Positions 1 through 13,062 of a stretch of DNA of 64,000 bases are shown here, piece by piece (the first letter of the stretch is position 1; every line of letters begins with the position of its first letter). Under the pieces are notes generated by a model that was not told where the DNA came from, ran no database searches, and was given only the letters and a program-made list of their open reading frames with translations. Source of the stretch: Octopus vulgaris (taxonomy: Eukaryota). A program made the translations under genes and the position numbers. The stretch covers positions 118,854,001-118,918,000 of the forward strand of contig OX597816.1 in assembly GCA_951406725.2 (NCBI GenBank). The letters run 5' to 3'.

Positions 1-349
1 TGTAAGTCGAATACCCTAACCACCAAGCCATGTGCCTTCACACACACATAGAAATATAGATGTGTATCAATGAGGGGCTTCCTTCAGTTTTCATTTACCA
101 GATCTACCAACAAAGCTTCAGTCACTAGAGGACACTTACATAAGGTGCCACGCAGTGGGACTGAACCTAAACCATGTGGTTGGCAAGCAAACTTCTTATT
201 ACATTCCTATGCTTACACACTTATAAATATTCATGTAGAAAATTTGGGTATAAACATCAAAGAATAAAAACCACAGTAACTAAGAGCTCAAATAACTGGT
301 TGTTAAACCCTAACTTAGTTATGTATCACAATTATGTAATTATACATTT

Positions 350-865
350 GTCTGCTAGATTAAGACTGGTATAAGGGTAAATAACAATAACTATAGCCAC
401 TAATACTAACTACTATGCTGTACATTAGATAACATAGTCCTAGATACACTATGTCTGAATAAAAGGTGGAATGCTCACAGCTGGATCATAGTTGTGTCTG
501 GATTAGGACTGATCCGTGGCTAAACAATAACAGCCACAAATACTAACTACGATACTATACAGTACATAATGTAATCTGAGATACATTAAGTCTAGACAAA
601 AGGTCACACCTGGATCATAAGTGTTTCTGGATCAGGTCTGACCTGGGGCTAAACAACAAAAGCAATTGATACTATACTATACATTAGATAGTGTAGTCCT
701 AGATACACTTATGTCTGGATAAAAGGTCACAGTTGGATCATCAGTGTATTTGGATCAGGACTGACCTGTGGCTAAACAACAAAAGCAACTAATACTAACT
801 ATGATACTATAAATTAAATAATCTAGTCCTAGATACACTATGTCTGAATAAAAGGTTGAATGATA
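350..865. repeat. Tandem array of about four ~120-135 bp units derived from an interspersed repeat
   Basis: The unit actaatactaactac...gtcctagatacactatgtctgaataaaagg...ggatcata...ggctaaacaa repeats four times. Related single copies lie near 1420-1600 (reverse), 6200-6320 and 18505-18680. Confidence 0.8.
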
Positions 866-2389
866 ATCACTAACCCCAAGGTTTTCTAATATTTTATTAT
901 TTTCAAAAGGAATTAAAACAATGTGTTTTATTTGGTGTTAATACACTAACAAATTCTGCCAAGGTCGACTCCACCTTTCGTCTTTTAGGGGTTGATAAAA
1001 TAAGTACCATTGAAGTAGTGGGGCCCAATGCAATTGACTTACCCCCTCTCCCATAATTGCTGGCCCACTGCCAAGATTTGAAACCTATATGCAGTGACTT
1101 TCACTTTTATTCTAAAATGAATTTCAAGAACTGTTAGTTATTTATATCTTGCAGCTTTATGTATCATACTGCACTATTTTAGTATCATGTTATCCACTGT
1201 TTAGTTGGCACTGTGCTCCAACCACAAAACCTGCCAGAAGCAAGCAGTAGGCTGTTGTTTAAGTAGACTTAGCTGTTATTCTAAGTGTTTAATCATAGCC
1301 TTACTTACTTCACAAAATGTTGTATAAAAGACACTCTCAGCTTCTTCACCCTCCTTCTCATTATTATTCTTATAATATTGCTTACATTGAGTTCCCAAAT
1401 CAACAATTTGTGTGTGTAGCTACTGTTTAGCCCAAAGTTAGCACAGAAATCAGTTATAGTCAAAGGCATTCTAGCCATGACTGTTCTGTATTTTTATTTT
1501 TTTCAGACTATTGTATATCAGTCATTATCCAATGTCCTCCCAACAGCAAGGAGGGAAAGAGGAGTGGATTTAGCTGCTATTTCTAACAGGTCAAACACAA
1601 AGAAACTCTTTTGGAAGAATGACATTTCAAACCAAAAGAACATATGACTGCTCATTAATATTGATTAATATGCAATATTTTGTTATATTTCTTTTATGTT
1701 CAGAATTCAAATCCTAACTAAAGACTAAAAGAATGTATATGTTTTGTATTTGTTGAATTTTGAGAGGGTGATTCTACTAATAATGACACACACACACACT
1801 GGTTGTGGTACACTTGAAGGGCATCCAGTCATAGAAACCATGTCAAATCTAACTATAGAACATGGTGCAGCCTCTGGTCTTGCCAGTTCCTGTCAAGCTG
1901 TCCAACCCAAGCTAGCATGGAAAATGGACTTTAAATGTTGATGATGGTGGTAGTAGGTTCATGTGTATGTTTGTCAGTGTGCTCTTGTTCAGTATGTGTG
2001 GAACTGTTAATTAGACAGGCAACAGGAACATCTCGCTATTGAAAATCTGCTTCAACAAATTCTGTCTGATCCATGCAAGTGCGGAAAAGTAGACAGTAAA
2101 TGAGTGATAATCTATTTTAAAGGTGGTAAAGATGCCTGTGTGCTTTTTTCAAATGGATAAAAGCACAAAGTGACATTGGTAAACTCAGAATGTCAAGAAC
2201 CAGAATGTATATGGCAAGGCATTCATTCTATATGATGGAAACCCCTATAATTCTATCAGGAGTTGACATCTATATCACCATCTTCATTCTTTTCCAACAA
2301 ATGTATCTATACATTTCCCTATAGCAAGGCACTTTCTTTCCCTCTCTTATAAATTAACTTATCACTTGGCATAAAGCCAGCTCCCTTAG

Positions 2390-2960
2390 TTGAAGGCCTT
2401 GTCTTGCAAGTTATTTGGTGACCTCACTGGTGCCAGTGCCAGATGAAAAACACCCAGTACACTCTGTAAAGTGGTTGGCATAAAGGACATCCGGCCATAG
2501 AAACCAGGCCAAAGCAGATACTGGAACTTGGTGCAGCCCTCTGGCTTGCCAGCTCTTGTTGAACCATCCAACCTATGTCAGCAGAGAAAATGGATGTTAA
2601 GTGGGGATGTGATAATGGTCATGTACAAGAGACCTCTATCAGCTGGCAAATTTTGCACAAATCTTTTCAGGTACTGACAAAAGCTTCTCAATTGTCTTCC
2701 CACTTTCTTCCAAGTCCAACACAATCAATGTTAGCACCATGAAAAGGACCAGTGAGGTTATTGAAATGCTGAAGTGGAAGCATGTAGATGTGTGCTGAGT
2801 ACAAGAGGTAAGGAGGAGGGAAGCTTCAGCTAGGTTCCTGACATGAAAAAAAATAAAACACTGTTACAAATACTTTTGCATAGGCATACTTTTGGCAAAA
2901 AAAATGGGTTGATAGAGTAATTGTGGCAATCAGTGTGTGATAGAGTAGTTTAATCTTAGA
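2390..2960 (+). mobile_element. Degenerate RTE-clade LINE pieces (3' UTR-type SINE tail plus AP-endonuclease start)
   Basis: RTE-type 3' tail at 2450-2610. At ~2725 the frame reads NVSTMKRTSEVIEMLKWKHVDVC*VQEVR, the APE N-terminal motif. Confidence 0.55.
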
Positions 2961-3761
2961 TAAATCAACAGTAAAAATAATGCCCTAATACATGTTAGGT
3001 CTAGCTCCTTCATTCATTCTGCTCAATCAAGTGTTCTCCACATCTCATTTCCCTAACACCCAGCCCTACATCACTCATCTATCAATGGCACTACTTGGCT
3101 GCTAAGACCACGATCGACACATATTACTCCCCTGCCCATTCCATGTGCTACCAATCACCCAACCTTGAACTACTGCCGTCCCCCGTTCTCATTATTCTTC
3201 CAGTTCTTCCCACACTATTTACACCTATCACCTCTTTTGCGGTTTCAGTTCTCTCTCTGCTACACTCCAATTTATATATCTGCTATCATTCTCAATGCTC
3301 TTCCATATCTGCCATCACCCCCACCCCACTTACTGTAGTGACCTTTATGTACTTCATCTCTCTCTCCACCACTCATACATCTTGCACATCATCTCCCTAC
3401 CTTCTGATCTAACCTCCTACCTGAGCCATTTCTAACCTTTACTCCTGTTACCCTCTACATATTGGTATTTCCCATCTACCTCATCTCCACACTTATTCAT
3501 TATTCACCTCTACCCCACCTCCACCATAACTAACCATTTGTTACTCTTCCCCTCACACCCTACCAAAACTACTCCCACCCCTGATCCACTGTCTGTATCC
3601 ACTTTTATGCTCACTTTGTAACTTGAGGGTTTGCTCTGGCACCCCACCCTACCATCTTTAACTTCTTTCCAGCTACTCCTATGATGATACACATAGACAA
3701 ACACACACACACACGTATGAATACAAATGAATGCATGACTGAAGAGGGCTAGAGTTTAGAT

Positions 3762-4020
3762 CAGTGGTTCCCAAACTTTTTCAGGCTGCTGCTCCCTTGA
3801 TACCCAAGCCACATTCCTTGACCACTTTTCTGCAGTAAATTCAAAACAAATGCATTTCACATATAAAACTTAACATAATAAATCCATTATTTTGGGTTTT
3901 CTTTTTAACATCTATTGCCCCCTTTTTGGCACCCCATTATTGCCCCACATATCTTCAACACCCCCATGGATCTTTCCACCATCCCCATGAGGACAGTGCT
4001 GCCCACTTTGGGAACCACCA
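3762..4020. mobile_element. hAT (Charlie/MER5-like) MITE
   Basis: TIRs cagtggttcccaaa ... tttgggaaccacca, with a perfect 8-bp TSD GTTTAGAT at 3754-3761 and 4021-4028. Confidence 0.85.
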
Positions 4021-4160
4021 GTTTAGATCCTTCAACAGACACAGTGCTGTGCCTTTAGAAATAACGATAACTTGGTCGACAGCAACAGCATTAGTAAAGA
4101 CCCAACACTTGTTTCAAAAACAAAAGAAAAAGACGAAAACAAGATAAATGCCATACTTAC

Positions 4161-4236
4161 TGGTCACCAAACAACTGATGTGTCATATCAGGTCTGAAAG
4201 CAATGTCTTCATTTTCTACATCTTTTTTGCTTCGCA
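4161..4236 (-). CDS. HAT1: HAT1 coding exon 3 (gene continues left of the window)
   Basis: Acceptor ttcttgattttag| and donor |gtaagt; 76 nt. Encodes (V)RSKKDVENEDIAFRPDMTHQLFGD, matching human VRFPEDLENDIRTFFPEYTHQLFGD. No FGYK-containing exon 4 was found on the - strand in 1-4160. Confidence 0.93.
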
Positions 4237-4957
4237 CTAAAATCAAGAAAAAGACATCATAAATAGATATACCGGTTTCACTTCTTGGTATTTGTATGTG
4301 TGCCACAGAAATTCTGCTGGAGTAAAAGTAAATGTATAAAGGAAATATAATGGAATAATTAAATAGTTGAATATAAAAGCGTCAATTCTCACTCCTGATA
4401 TTAACTTATTCTCTTTCTCATACACTTCTATGTTAATTGTGAACACAGGTATAGCTGTGTGGTAAGAGGTTTGCTTCTCGACCACTTGGTTTCAGGTTCA
4501 GTCTCATTGTGTGGCACTTTGGACAAGTACTTCTACAACAGCTCTATGTCAATCAAAACCTTGTGAGTAGATTTGGACAACTCAAAAAAAAAAAAAAAAA
4601 TCCCTCACCATATGTATGTATGTGTGTGTTTCCCTCCAATACTGCTCGACAGCCATTGTTGGTTTGTTTATGTCCCCTAACTTAATGGTTTGGCAAAAGA
4701 AGCAAATAGAATAATTACCAAACTTAAAAAAGGATAAGTACTGGGGTTGATATGATTGACTAAAAAAAAAAAAAAGAAACAACTTCTTCATGTTAGTGCC
4801 TCAGCATAGCCACAATCCAATGATGGCTGAAACAAGAATGAAGTGGCATGGTGCATCATATAGTTGAATAAAATGGATACAGACATAAGCTATACTGTAC
4901 ATTATTACATTTTTTTTACATCCATTGCCCCCTTTATGGCACCCCATTATTGCTCAT

Positions 4958-5225
4958 GGGCATATACCATAGTGGTTAAGAACACGGGCTACTAACTCCA
5001 AGATTCTGAGTTCAATTCCAGGCAATGCCTTGAATGAATAAATAAAAATAACATCATAAAATACATTGGGAATGAGAACCCAGGGTTGGGTTCAAAATCC
5101 CACCAGGACACCTGATGAAGGCTGGAGAGTAAATCAGCCGAAACGTGGTAAAAACAAGCAAGATACGGACACATATCCATCCAATGCAAATAATGTACAG
5201 AATTCCTCATCTCTAAAATACAGAA
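4958..5225 (+). mobile_element. tRNA-headed SINE carrying a hammerhead-ribozyme-like motif
   Basis: A-box-like tagtggttaag and B-box gagttcaattcc. CTGATGA at 5112-5118, then a GGCTG/CAGCC stem and GAAACG. Confidence 0.6.
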
Positions 5226-6493
5226 TAGTATAAGGTATACTGGCTAAGTAATAAATGGTGTACTTGGAAATGTTTTTCCAGATTTATCTATATGTTATAT
5301 AAAAGTAAACAGAATCTATTAGTGTAGCTGTATAAATGAGTGACCTTCATATTATGAAGGTCAAATATGTATAAGATAGGGACAATTATTGCTTAGGTCA
5401 ATGTAAAGGGAATTTTTAAAAAATCAGAGGAGACAGCCAGATATTATCTCATCATCATCATCATTTAGTATCTGCTTTTCATGCTGGCATGGGTGAGATG
5501 GTTTGACTGGAGCTGGTAAGCTAGAGAGCTGCACCAGGCTCCAGACAGTTTTGGCTTGATTTCTATGGCTGGATGCCCTTCTTAATGCCAGGATACCTCA
5601 TAATTAGAAAATGTGAACCCAGCAGTGGGAATTTATAAGGCTTAAGTTTTTTTTTTTGGCTTCTAAACTAAGATGTGATTGAAATGTTACTCTGGCTAGG
5701 GTGCTAGACATTTATAGACCCTACATGGAGTTATGACATTTTTGCAAAGGGCATCGAAATACAGTAATTAAAGCTTTGGCAATCTGGCAAGTTCACATCC
5801 GCAAAAACCTGTTTGACACAGGGTTAAGTATGAAATCAAACAGTTAAAAAGAGAAAATACAAGTTTTAGTGTAGTAGCTCTCAAAAGGAGTTTCTATTAA
5901 CATAGTCCATAGTCTATAAACAGATTAGATATAATTATTAAATACATACAATATTTTAGATAATACACATACACACATTTTAATTCAAAGAAAGAAAAAG
6001 GTCACTGAATAATCTTTATATATTATAACAATTATTTACTGCATCCAGTCACCATGCTTATGAAAGCAATCAATGATGCAAAATGCAAGCACATAAAATA
6101 CCTTTTTAGGTAAACTAAATGCTGCATGCAGTTACTTCCCTTCAATAACGTGCAGTTATTAAATTGTTTTCATATTTCCTAACAAAGAGTTGAAATAGCA
6201 ATTAAATTACCTTAGATTACACCTGTATTTCAGAGGGAAAGGACATAATGAAACATAGTTCTTGATATAGAAAAAAAAATCACACTCTGATAATATATCA
6301 ACTTGGGGTTAAACAACAATAACCTAAATTCTCAGGACAGCAGAATATTCACTATGTATAAAATGGTCCAGAGGTAGAATACTTATCATACTGTGCCTCT
6401 GTGCTTAGGAATTTATTGAAAACACTGGAACATGTTTATTTAACAACATCAACAGCAGAAAAATTCAACAAATTTAGAAGAATTTATACTCAC

Positions 6494-6571
6494 CAAGCTT
6501 AAAATGAATGACATCATTTGAACAGCATTTGTAAGCTTCAAGCTTATTTTTCATTAATCCTGATGGTGCAC
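6494..6571 (-). CDS. HAT1: HAT1 coding exon 2
   Basis: Acceptor ttttctctttttaaag| and donor |gtgagt; 78 nt, phase 1 to 1. Encodes (G)APSGLMKNKLEAYKCCSNDVIHFKL(V), similar to human HAT1 KKLAEYKCNTNTAIELKLV. Confidence 0.92.
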
Positions 6572-8199
6572 CTTTAAAAAGAGAAAAATGTTATAACAGA
6601 CAAGTTATTCATTACATGCAATCAATATCAGCAGAATGATGGATGAAATACCTGGATTACTAACAATTCTGCCAGCTTGCCATCTTAAATAACTATAACG
6701 ATAATAATAATAATAATCATCATCCTTTCTACTAAAGGCACAAGGCCTGAAATTGTTTGGGGAGGGGACTAGATGATTACATCAACCTCAGTGTTTCACT
6801 GGTACTTAATTTATCGACCCTGAAAGGATGAAAGGTAAAGGTGACCGTGGCAGAATTTGAACTCAGAATGTAGCAATGGGCAAAATACTGCTAAGCATTT
6901 CATCCAGCGTGCTAATGATTCTGCCATCTTGCTACCTTAATAGTAATAATAAGAAAAACTAAAGGCATATTGGATTATTTAGTTCATGAAAAAATATTGG
7001 GGTGGTTACAACTGCACCATCTTAAATCATGTACTGCAAGGGGGACCCAAACTGGTGCTCAAAAACAGCTAATTCTAAATTGGATTATTTGGTAAATGAG
7101 TAATAAATTAATGAGTTTGCTAAATCACAGCAGATTGTGACTGATTGTATGCAATCAGATTTAATGATTTACTAATTATGGCACCTGTACTGAGTTGCAA
7201 GATGGAACTAAATTTTCAGACTTTTGGTAAAATAATTAGTAATATACTTGGACTTCAATAGACAACACACTCACTCCAACAGTAATTGAACAAATAATCA
7301 TTCTCTTCTTCATTAATTAAAGGCATAAAGTCTGTATTGTGATAATTTGATTTACTGACCAATACAGCAGTCCACAACCACTTTTTGCACCACAGACTGG
7401 GAGACCAAGAACAACAAAACAATGAAGTATATCATCATCATCATCATTTAATATCTGTTTTCATGCTGGCAAGGCTAGGGGCTGCACCAAGTTCCATTAT
7501 CTGGTTTGGCTGGGTTTCTACATAAGGATGCCCTTCCTAAAGTCAACTACTTTACAAAGTGTCACTGAGTGCTTTTTATCTGGTACCATCATTAGTGCTT
7601 GTCACATGGCACCAACGCCTGTGTTTTTTACATGACATTAGCACCTGTCCTTTTTACAAGGCACCAGCACCAGTACTATTTATGCAGTACCATTGACAGA
7701 TACTGGTGTCATGCAAATGGCACCTGTGCCAGTGGCATGTAAACGCACCCATTACACTCTCAGAGTAGTTGGTGTTAGGAAGGACATCCAACTATAGTAA
7801 CCATGCAAAATCAGACAGGAGCCTGGTGCAGCCTTCCAGCTTGCCAGCCCTGCTCAAACTGTCCAACCTATGCCAGCATGGACAACGGAAGTTAAATGAT
7901 GATGACTATGATGAGTATTAGTGCTTTTTATGTGGCACTTTGGTCTTAAGATATCATATGTAATTTAATTATCACATTCATAAAGCAAAATCATCTGCAG
8001 ACAGTGATAGTCAATAAAATCTGAAAAATTTATTCTTTATGTGTGGCATAGTGATTGGGGTCCTCTGGACTAATAAATGGAAAGATATTGTGTACTACAT
8101 AGGTTATAGACAAGCTGTATAATTAAAACTATCATGTTTGCATATAAATTACTCAATTTCATGAGTCCTTATAATAGTTTTTAAAGGGAAATTAAGTTT

Positions 8200-9483
8200 T
8201 TGCTTATTTGTTGTGTAAGAGGTGCAGCAATATCAAAGGAAGGCTAACTGGGAAGATAGTTTTTGTATGTAGCAGATGCTCAGGAGCAATAAACACTGAA
8301 AATGTGCAGAGAACAACTTCTGCCACATTCTAGGGAAAGAAACTAGAAGTAGTTGGTAGCTTCCATTACCTAGGTGACCAAGTCAGTAGCAGGGGTGGGT
8401 GTACTGAAAGTATAGCTGCTAGAATAAGAATAGCCTGGCCAAAGTTCAGAGAGCTCTTACCTCTGCTGGTGACAAAGGGCTTCTCACTTAGAGTAAAAGG
8501 TAGACTGTATGACACGTGTATGAACAGCCATGATACAGGGCAGTGAAACATGGGTCGTGACTGCTGAGGACATGCGTAAGCTCGCAAGGAATGAAGCCAG
8601 TATTTTCCGATGGATATGTAATGTCAGTGTGCATACTTGATGGAGTGTAAGTACCTTGAGAGAAAAGTTGGACCTAAGAAGCATCAGATGTGGTGTGCAA
8701 GAGAGATGACTGCATTGGTATGGCCATGTGGCGAGAATGGATGAGGATAGCTGTGTGAAAAAGAGCCACACCCTAGTGGTTGAGGGAACCTGTAGAAGAG
8801 GTAGACCTAGGAAGAACTGGGATGAGGTGGTAAAGTATGACTTTCGAACATTAGGCCTCACTGAGGCAATGACTAGTGACCAAGACCTTTGGAAATATGC
8901 TGTGCTTGAGAAGACCCGGCAAGCCAAGTGAGACCATAACCCGTGGCCTATGCCAGGTGTGTAACCAGCCCACCTATGCGTACCTTGGACACTAAACTGC
9001 TTGTGAAGAGGCAAGTGAAATCAAAATCAAATTCAATGACTGGCATCCGTGCTAGTGGAGCGCTAAGAGCACCATTTGAGTGTGATCATTGCCAGAGCAG
9101 CTGACTGGCTTCTGTGCCGGTGGCACATAAAAAGCACCATTTGAGCTTGATTGTTACCAGCATCACCCTACTGGCACTTGAAAAAATATTCAAGAGAGGT
9201 TGTTGCCAGTGCCGCAAGACTGGCTCCTGTGCAAGTGGCACATAAAAAGCACCATTTGAGTGTGGCCGTTGCCAGTACTGCCTGACTGGCCCTCATGCCG
9301 GTGGCATGTAAAAGCACCCACTACACTCTTGGAGTGGTTAGCATTAGGACATGGCATCCAGCTGTAGAAACTCTGCCAGATCAGATTGGAGCCTGATGCA
9401 GCCATCTGGTTCGCCAGTCCTAAGTCAAATCGTCCAACCCATGCCAGCATGGAAAGTGGACGTTAAACAATGAAGATGATGAT
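8200..9483 (+). mobile_element. 5'-truncated RTE-clade LINE (RT C-terminus, 3' UTR and (GAT)n tail), inactive
   Basis: RIRIAWPKFRELLPLL..GSETW..LHWYGHVARM..RGRPRKNWDEVVK motifs with stops; repeated 3' UTR units; gatgat tail. Confidence 0.9.
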
Positions 9484-9544
9484 GTGATAGAATTGGTTAA
9501 ATAGGATAGCAGTATGAGGTTTTATTATGGGCCCTGTCGCGTAA

Positions 9545-9764
9545 CCCATTAGCATTTAAACCAGCCATATTAGGCTCGAATGTTTTACCTGTTTTGTGTT
9601 CAAACCGACCAGATCTCGTCTCTCACACTTACCCAACAATATTGTTCTAAAAATAAGCACTCACATCGTCAAAATCTCAAAGCTACAAGATAATGCATGA
9701 TTAATTCAAAATAATGTGAATTTATAAGCATTACATTTAACAGAGTAATCTGAATGCTAAAGAG
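9545..9764. mobile_element. piggyBac-like MITE (a second, truncated copy at 12358-12532)
   Basis: Ends cccattagcatt ... aatgctaaagag, flanked by (g)taa and ttaa; shares internal sequence with the 12358 copy. Confidence 0.65.
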
Positions 9765-10218
9765 TTAAGATATTCTCCGATTGTGATGATAATCACTACC
9801 AGTAGAATTATGTGAAATCACAAGAGTCCTATACAAATGTATACTCTAACCAAAGTGGATGAAACAATTTCTTCAACAACTGTGAAATACATGCTACAGT
9901 CAGATACTGTTTCTCTGGTGTTAGGAAGGGTATCCAGCTGTAGAAACCATGTCAACACAGACAATTAGAACCTGGGCAGCTCTTAATGAATGCAGTAGTT
10001 AGATTCAGTCAAGTTAATTTTAGCCTTTCTACAGGTAACAGGTGATGCAAAGGTTAGTGAAATAAATTGGCTTGCAATGTTTAATTTTGAACATGTTCAT
10101 GAGTTCAAATCAACTGAACTGATCTGCTTTTTATTTCTCTGTGGGTACTCAAAACAGTCATCGTCATCATCATCATTTAATGTTTGTTTTTCATGCTGGC
10201 ACAGGTTGGATGGTTTAA

Positions 10219-10425
10219 TCCTTTTGTTACCAACCTGGTTGAAACCGGCTCTGGTTCTGTATTACAAATGTCTTGTTTTCATAAGTTTTTAATTAAAATC
10301 TCCCACAATTTATGTTCCTAACACTAGCTGAATGACAACTAAGTTATTTTACTAAATTCTTTGTTATATTTTAAGTAATTGAAAGAAATACAGAGCATCT
10401 CAAAATAAATACAGTAACAAAAGGG
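10219..10425. mobile_element. piggyBac-like MITE nested in an RTE-tail SINE
   Basis: TTAA|tccttttgttac ... gtaacaaaaggg|TTAA. Confidence 0.75.
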
Positions 10426-11104
10426 TTAATAGGATCTTTCAAGCTGCAAAACTGCATCAGGCCCCAATGTCAGCTTTGGTATGGTTTCTGCAGTTGGATG
10501 TTCTTTCTAACAGTAGTACTGATGGAATGCTGAGGCCAAGCCTTGTAGATTAACAAGGAAATGAGCAATTAACTCCAAGGTCAATAACCCAAACTGCACA
10601 ACTACAGATGTTCTTTTGTTTCACAGGGAATAATGATGTTAGCTTGAGTTGGCCTGGCTGACAGTAGGTCAAGCTTATAAAGTTTGTGCTTTTGTCCTTG
10701 TATACAAAAACAATTTCACCTATGCCAGTATAAAACAATGAATGTAAAACTGCATATTATTAAGTTATATTTTTGCATTAGTCACACAATACTCATATTA
10801 GCTGTGCTGGTACACCAAACCAAATACTGATTTCAAATTTTGGTACAAGGCCAGCAATTTCAAGGGAGGCGGTAAGTTGATTACATCAACTACAGTGCTT
10901 AACTGGTACTTATTTTATCAGGCCCAAAAGAATGAAAGACAAAGTTGACCTTGATGGAATTTCAATGCAGATATCATAAAGACGGATGAAATGCTGCTAA
11001 GCATTTTGCATGGCGTGCTAACGATTCTGCTGGCTTGCTGCTCTACAAAGATGCAAATATTAAAATGACGTCAACTGTGAATGATGAATACCTGTTATCA
11101 AATG

Positions 11105-11850
11105 TGGTGTGGCTGTGTGGTAAAAAGTTTGCTTCTGGGTCCAGTCCCACTGTGTGACACCTTGGGCAAGTGTCTTACACTAAAGACTTGGTCTGACCAA
11201 AGGCCTTGTGAGTGGATTAGGTAGATGGAAACTAAAAGAAGCCTGTCGTATATATTCTTTTATTTGTTTCAGTCAGTTGACTGCGGCTATGCTGGAGCAC
11301 TGCCTTTAGTTGAACAAATTGACCCTAGGACTTTTTCTTTGTAAGCCTAGTACTTATTCTATCGGTCTCTATTGCTGAACCGCTAAAATACAGGGATGTA
11401 AACACACCAACATCAGTTGTCAAGCAATGATGGGGTGGGGGGGAACATATACATACACACATATATATATATACAACGGGCTTCTTTCAGTTTCCGTCTA
11501 CCAAAACCCACCCACAAGGCTTTGGTCAGCCTAAGGCTATAGAAGAAGACACTTGCCCAAGGTGCCATGCAGCAGGACTGAACCCGGAACCATGTGGTTG
11601 GTAAGCAAGCTACTTACCACACCTGCGCCTATATATATGTGTGTGTGTCTGTGTTTGTCCCTGACCATTGCTTGACAACTGGTGTTGGTGTGTTTATGTA
11701 CCTGTAACTTAGTGGTTCAGCAAAATACTGACAGAATAAGTGTCAGGCTTAGAGAGAAAAGAAAGTAAAAAGTACTGGAATCGATTCATTTCACTAAAAA
11801 TTTCCCAAGGTGGTGGCCCAGCATGGCCACAGTCTCATGACTGAAACAAA
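11105..11850 (+). mobile_element. tRNA-derived SINE (family B) with an oppositely oriented copy of the same family nested at ~11257-11630
   Basis: Head gtggctgtgtggtaa...ccttgggcaagtgtctt...gaagcc; tail agcatggccacagtc...gactgaaacaa. Other copies near 4445, 13075, 20860, 21935, 22443, 22987, 27717, 33725, 46315, 54430, 56472, 57605 and 58995-61058. Confidence 0.85.
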
Positions 11851-12532
11851 TAAAAAAAAAAAAAAAAAAAGCTAATGCAATACATAGTCAACTGCTTGAC
11901 TTTTTAAGATCTGAGATTACTATTAATAAATAAAAAGTCTTTTTCTCAGAAAAAAACCTGATACCTATTCAAGCCCTGGTATGGCTGTGTGTGTAAAATG
12001 TTTGCTTTGCAACCAACTGGCTTTGGGTTCAGTCTTACTGCAAGGTACCTTGGGCAAATGTCTTCTGCTATAGCCCAGGACATATCAATGGTTTATGGGT
12101 GAATTTGACAGATGGAAACTGTATCAAAGTGACTTTTGTTTACACCCCCACCCATAACTTAGAAGTTTGGCAAAAGGAGGATGACAGCTTAAGTACCAGT
12201 CTCCAAACAAATGAAATAAAAACATATCAACCCAACTCTTCATAATACTCTAGTATGGTAGTCTAATGATTGACACAAGCAAAACCCACACATACAAGTG
12301 GATGAATAAATGAAATGAAGTAGCATTCAACACATTTAATTAGAATTTAATATTTAACCCTTTAGTGCTTAAACTGGCCATATTCGGCCAAAATATTCTA
12401 CTGGTTCTATGTTCAAGCTGGCCAGATCTAGCTTTTCACACCTACCTTGCAATGTCACTTTAAAAATAGACAACTACATCATTGATGTCTCAGAGCTACA
12501 AGATAATGTAAGATTAATTCAAAACAAGGTTA

Positions 12533-13062
12533 ATAAGATGTTGATCCAGCTCCAGATTACTTGAAGCTTCATCGATGTAAAACATACCCACATAATCAGA
12601 TGTTTGGAGTTAGAGTGGGAAAAATTCAAAAGAATTTTTAAAATGGCTTCTGAGTGGGACTATTTAAGCCTCCATCAGGGACATGTGGGTGCTTTATTTA
12701 GTCAGAGACAAAAGTTCTTTCATGACATGTTCTAAGAGCAGACAAGATGTTGGCATCAGTTAACCTACTTTCTGTAGCAATGACATTTTAGCAACAACAG
12801 CAACCAGGTGGAGATGTAATCAGATTGATGGTGTCAGGTTACAGGATACACACTGATGCCAACATCCTGCTAGTTATATCATGTGGCCAGCTAACACATC
12901 CACCACCGTTAGCTGAACTGACCAATGGAAGTCTAAATATTTACATCTAGAAGCCATTTTAAGATTTCTTTTGAACTGTTTCCACTCTCATTCCAAGCAT
13001 AATGTGGACATGTTCTGCACTTATGAATCTAAGCAATGTGAAAGCAAATCAACATGTCTTAT
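12533..13062. mobile_element. Old MITE with ~120 bp imperfect terminal inverted repeats
   Basis: atgtttggagttagagtgggaaaaattcaaaagaatttttaaaatggcttc (~12600) is the reverse complement of gaagccattttaagatttcttttgaactgtttccactctcattccaagcat (~12950). Similarity extends out to ataagatg / catgtcttat. Confidence 0.7.

Noticed and set aside
174-374. FGYK-containing ORF as HAT1 exon 4
   Set aside because: It is on the wrong strand and has no further similarity.
350-865. CRISPR-like array
   Set aside because: The context is eukaryotic, and whole units repeat without unique spacers.
10550-10738. 62-aa Cys-containing ORF as an extra HAT1 exon
   Set aside because: Exons 1 and 2 already join in frame and match HAT1; this ORF has no similarity to HAT1 and no good donor.
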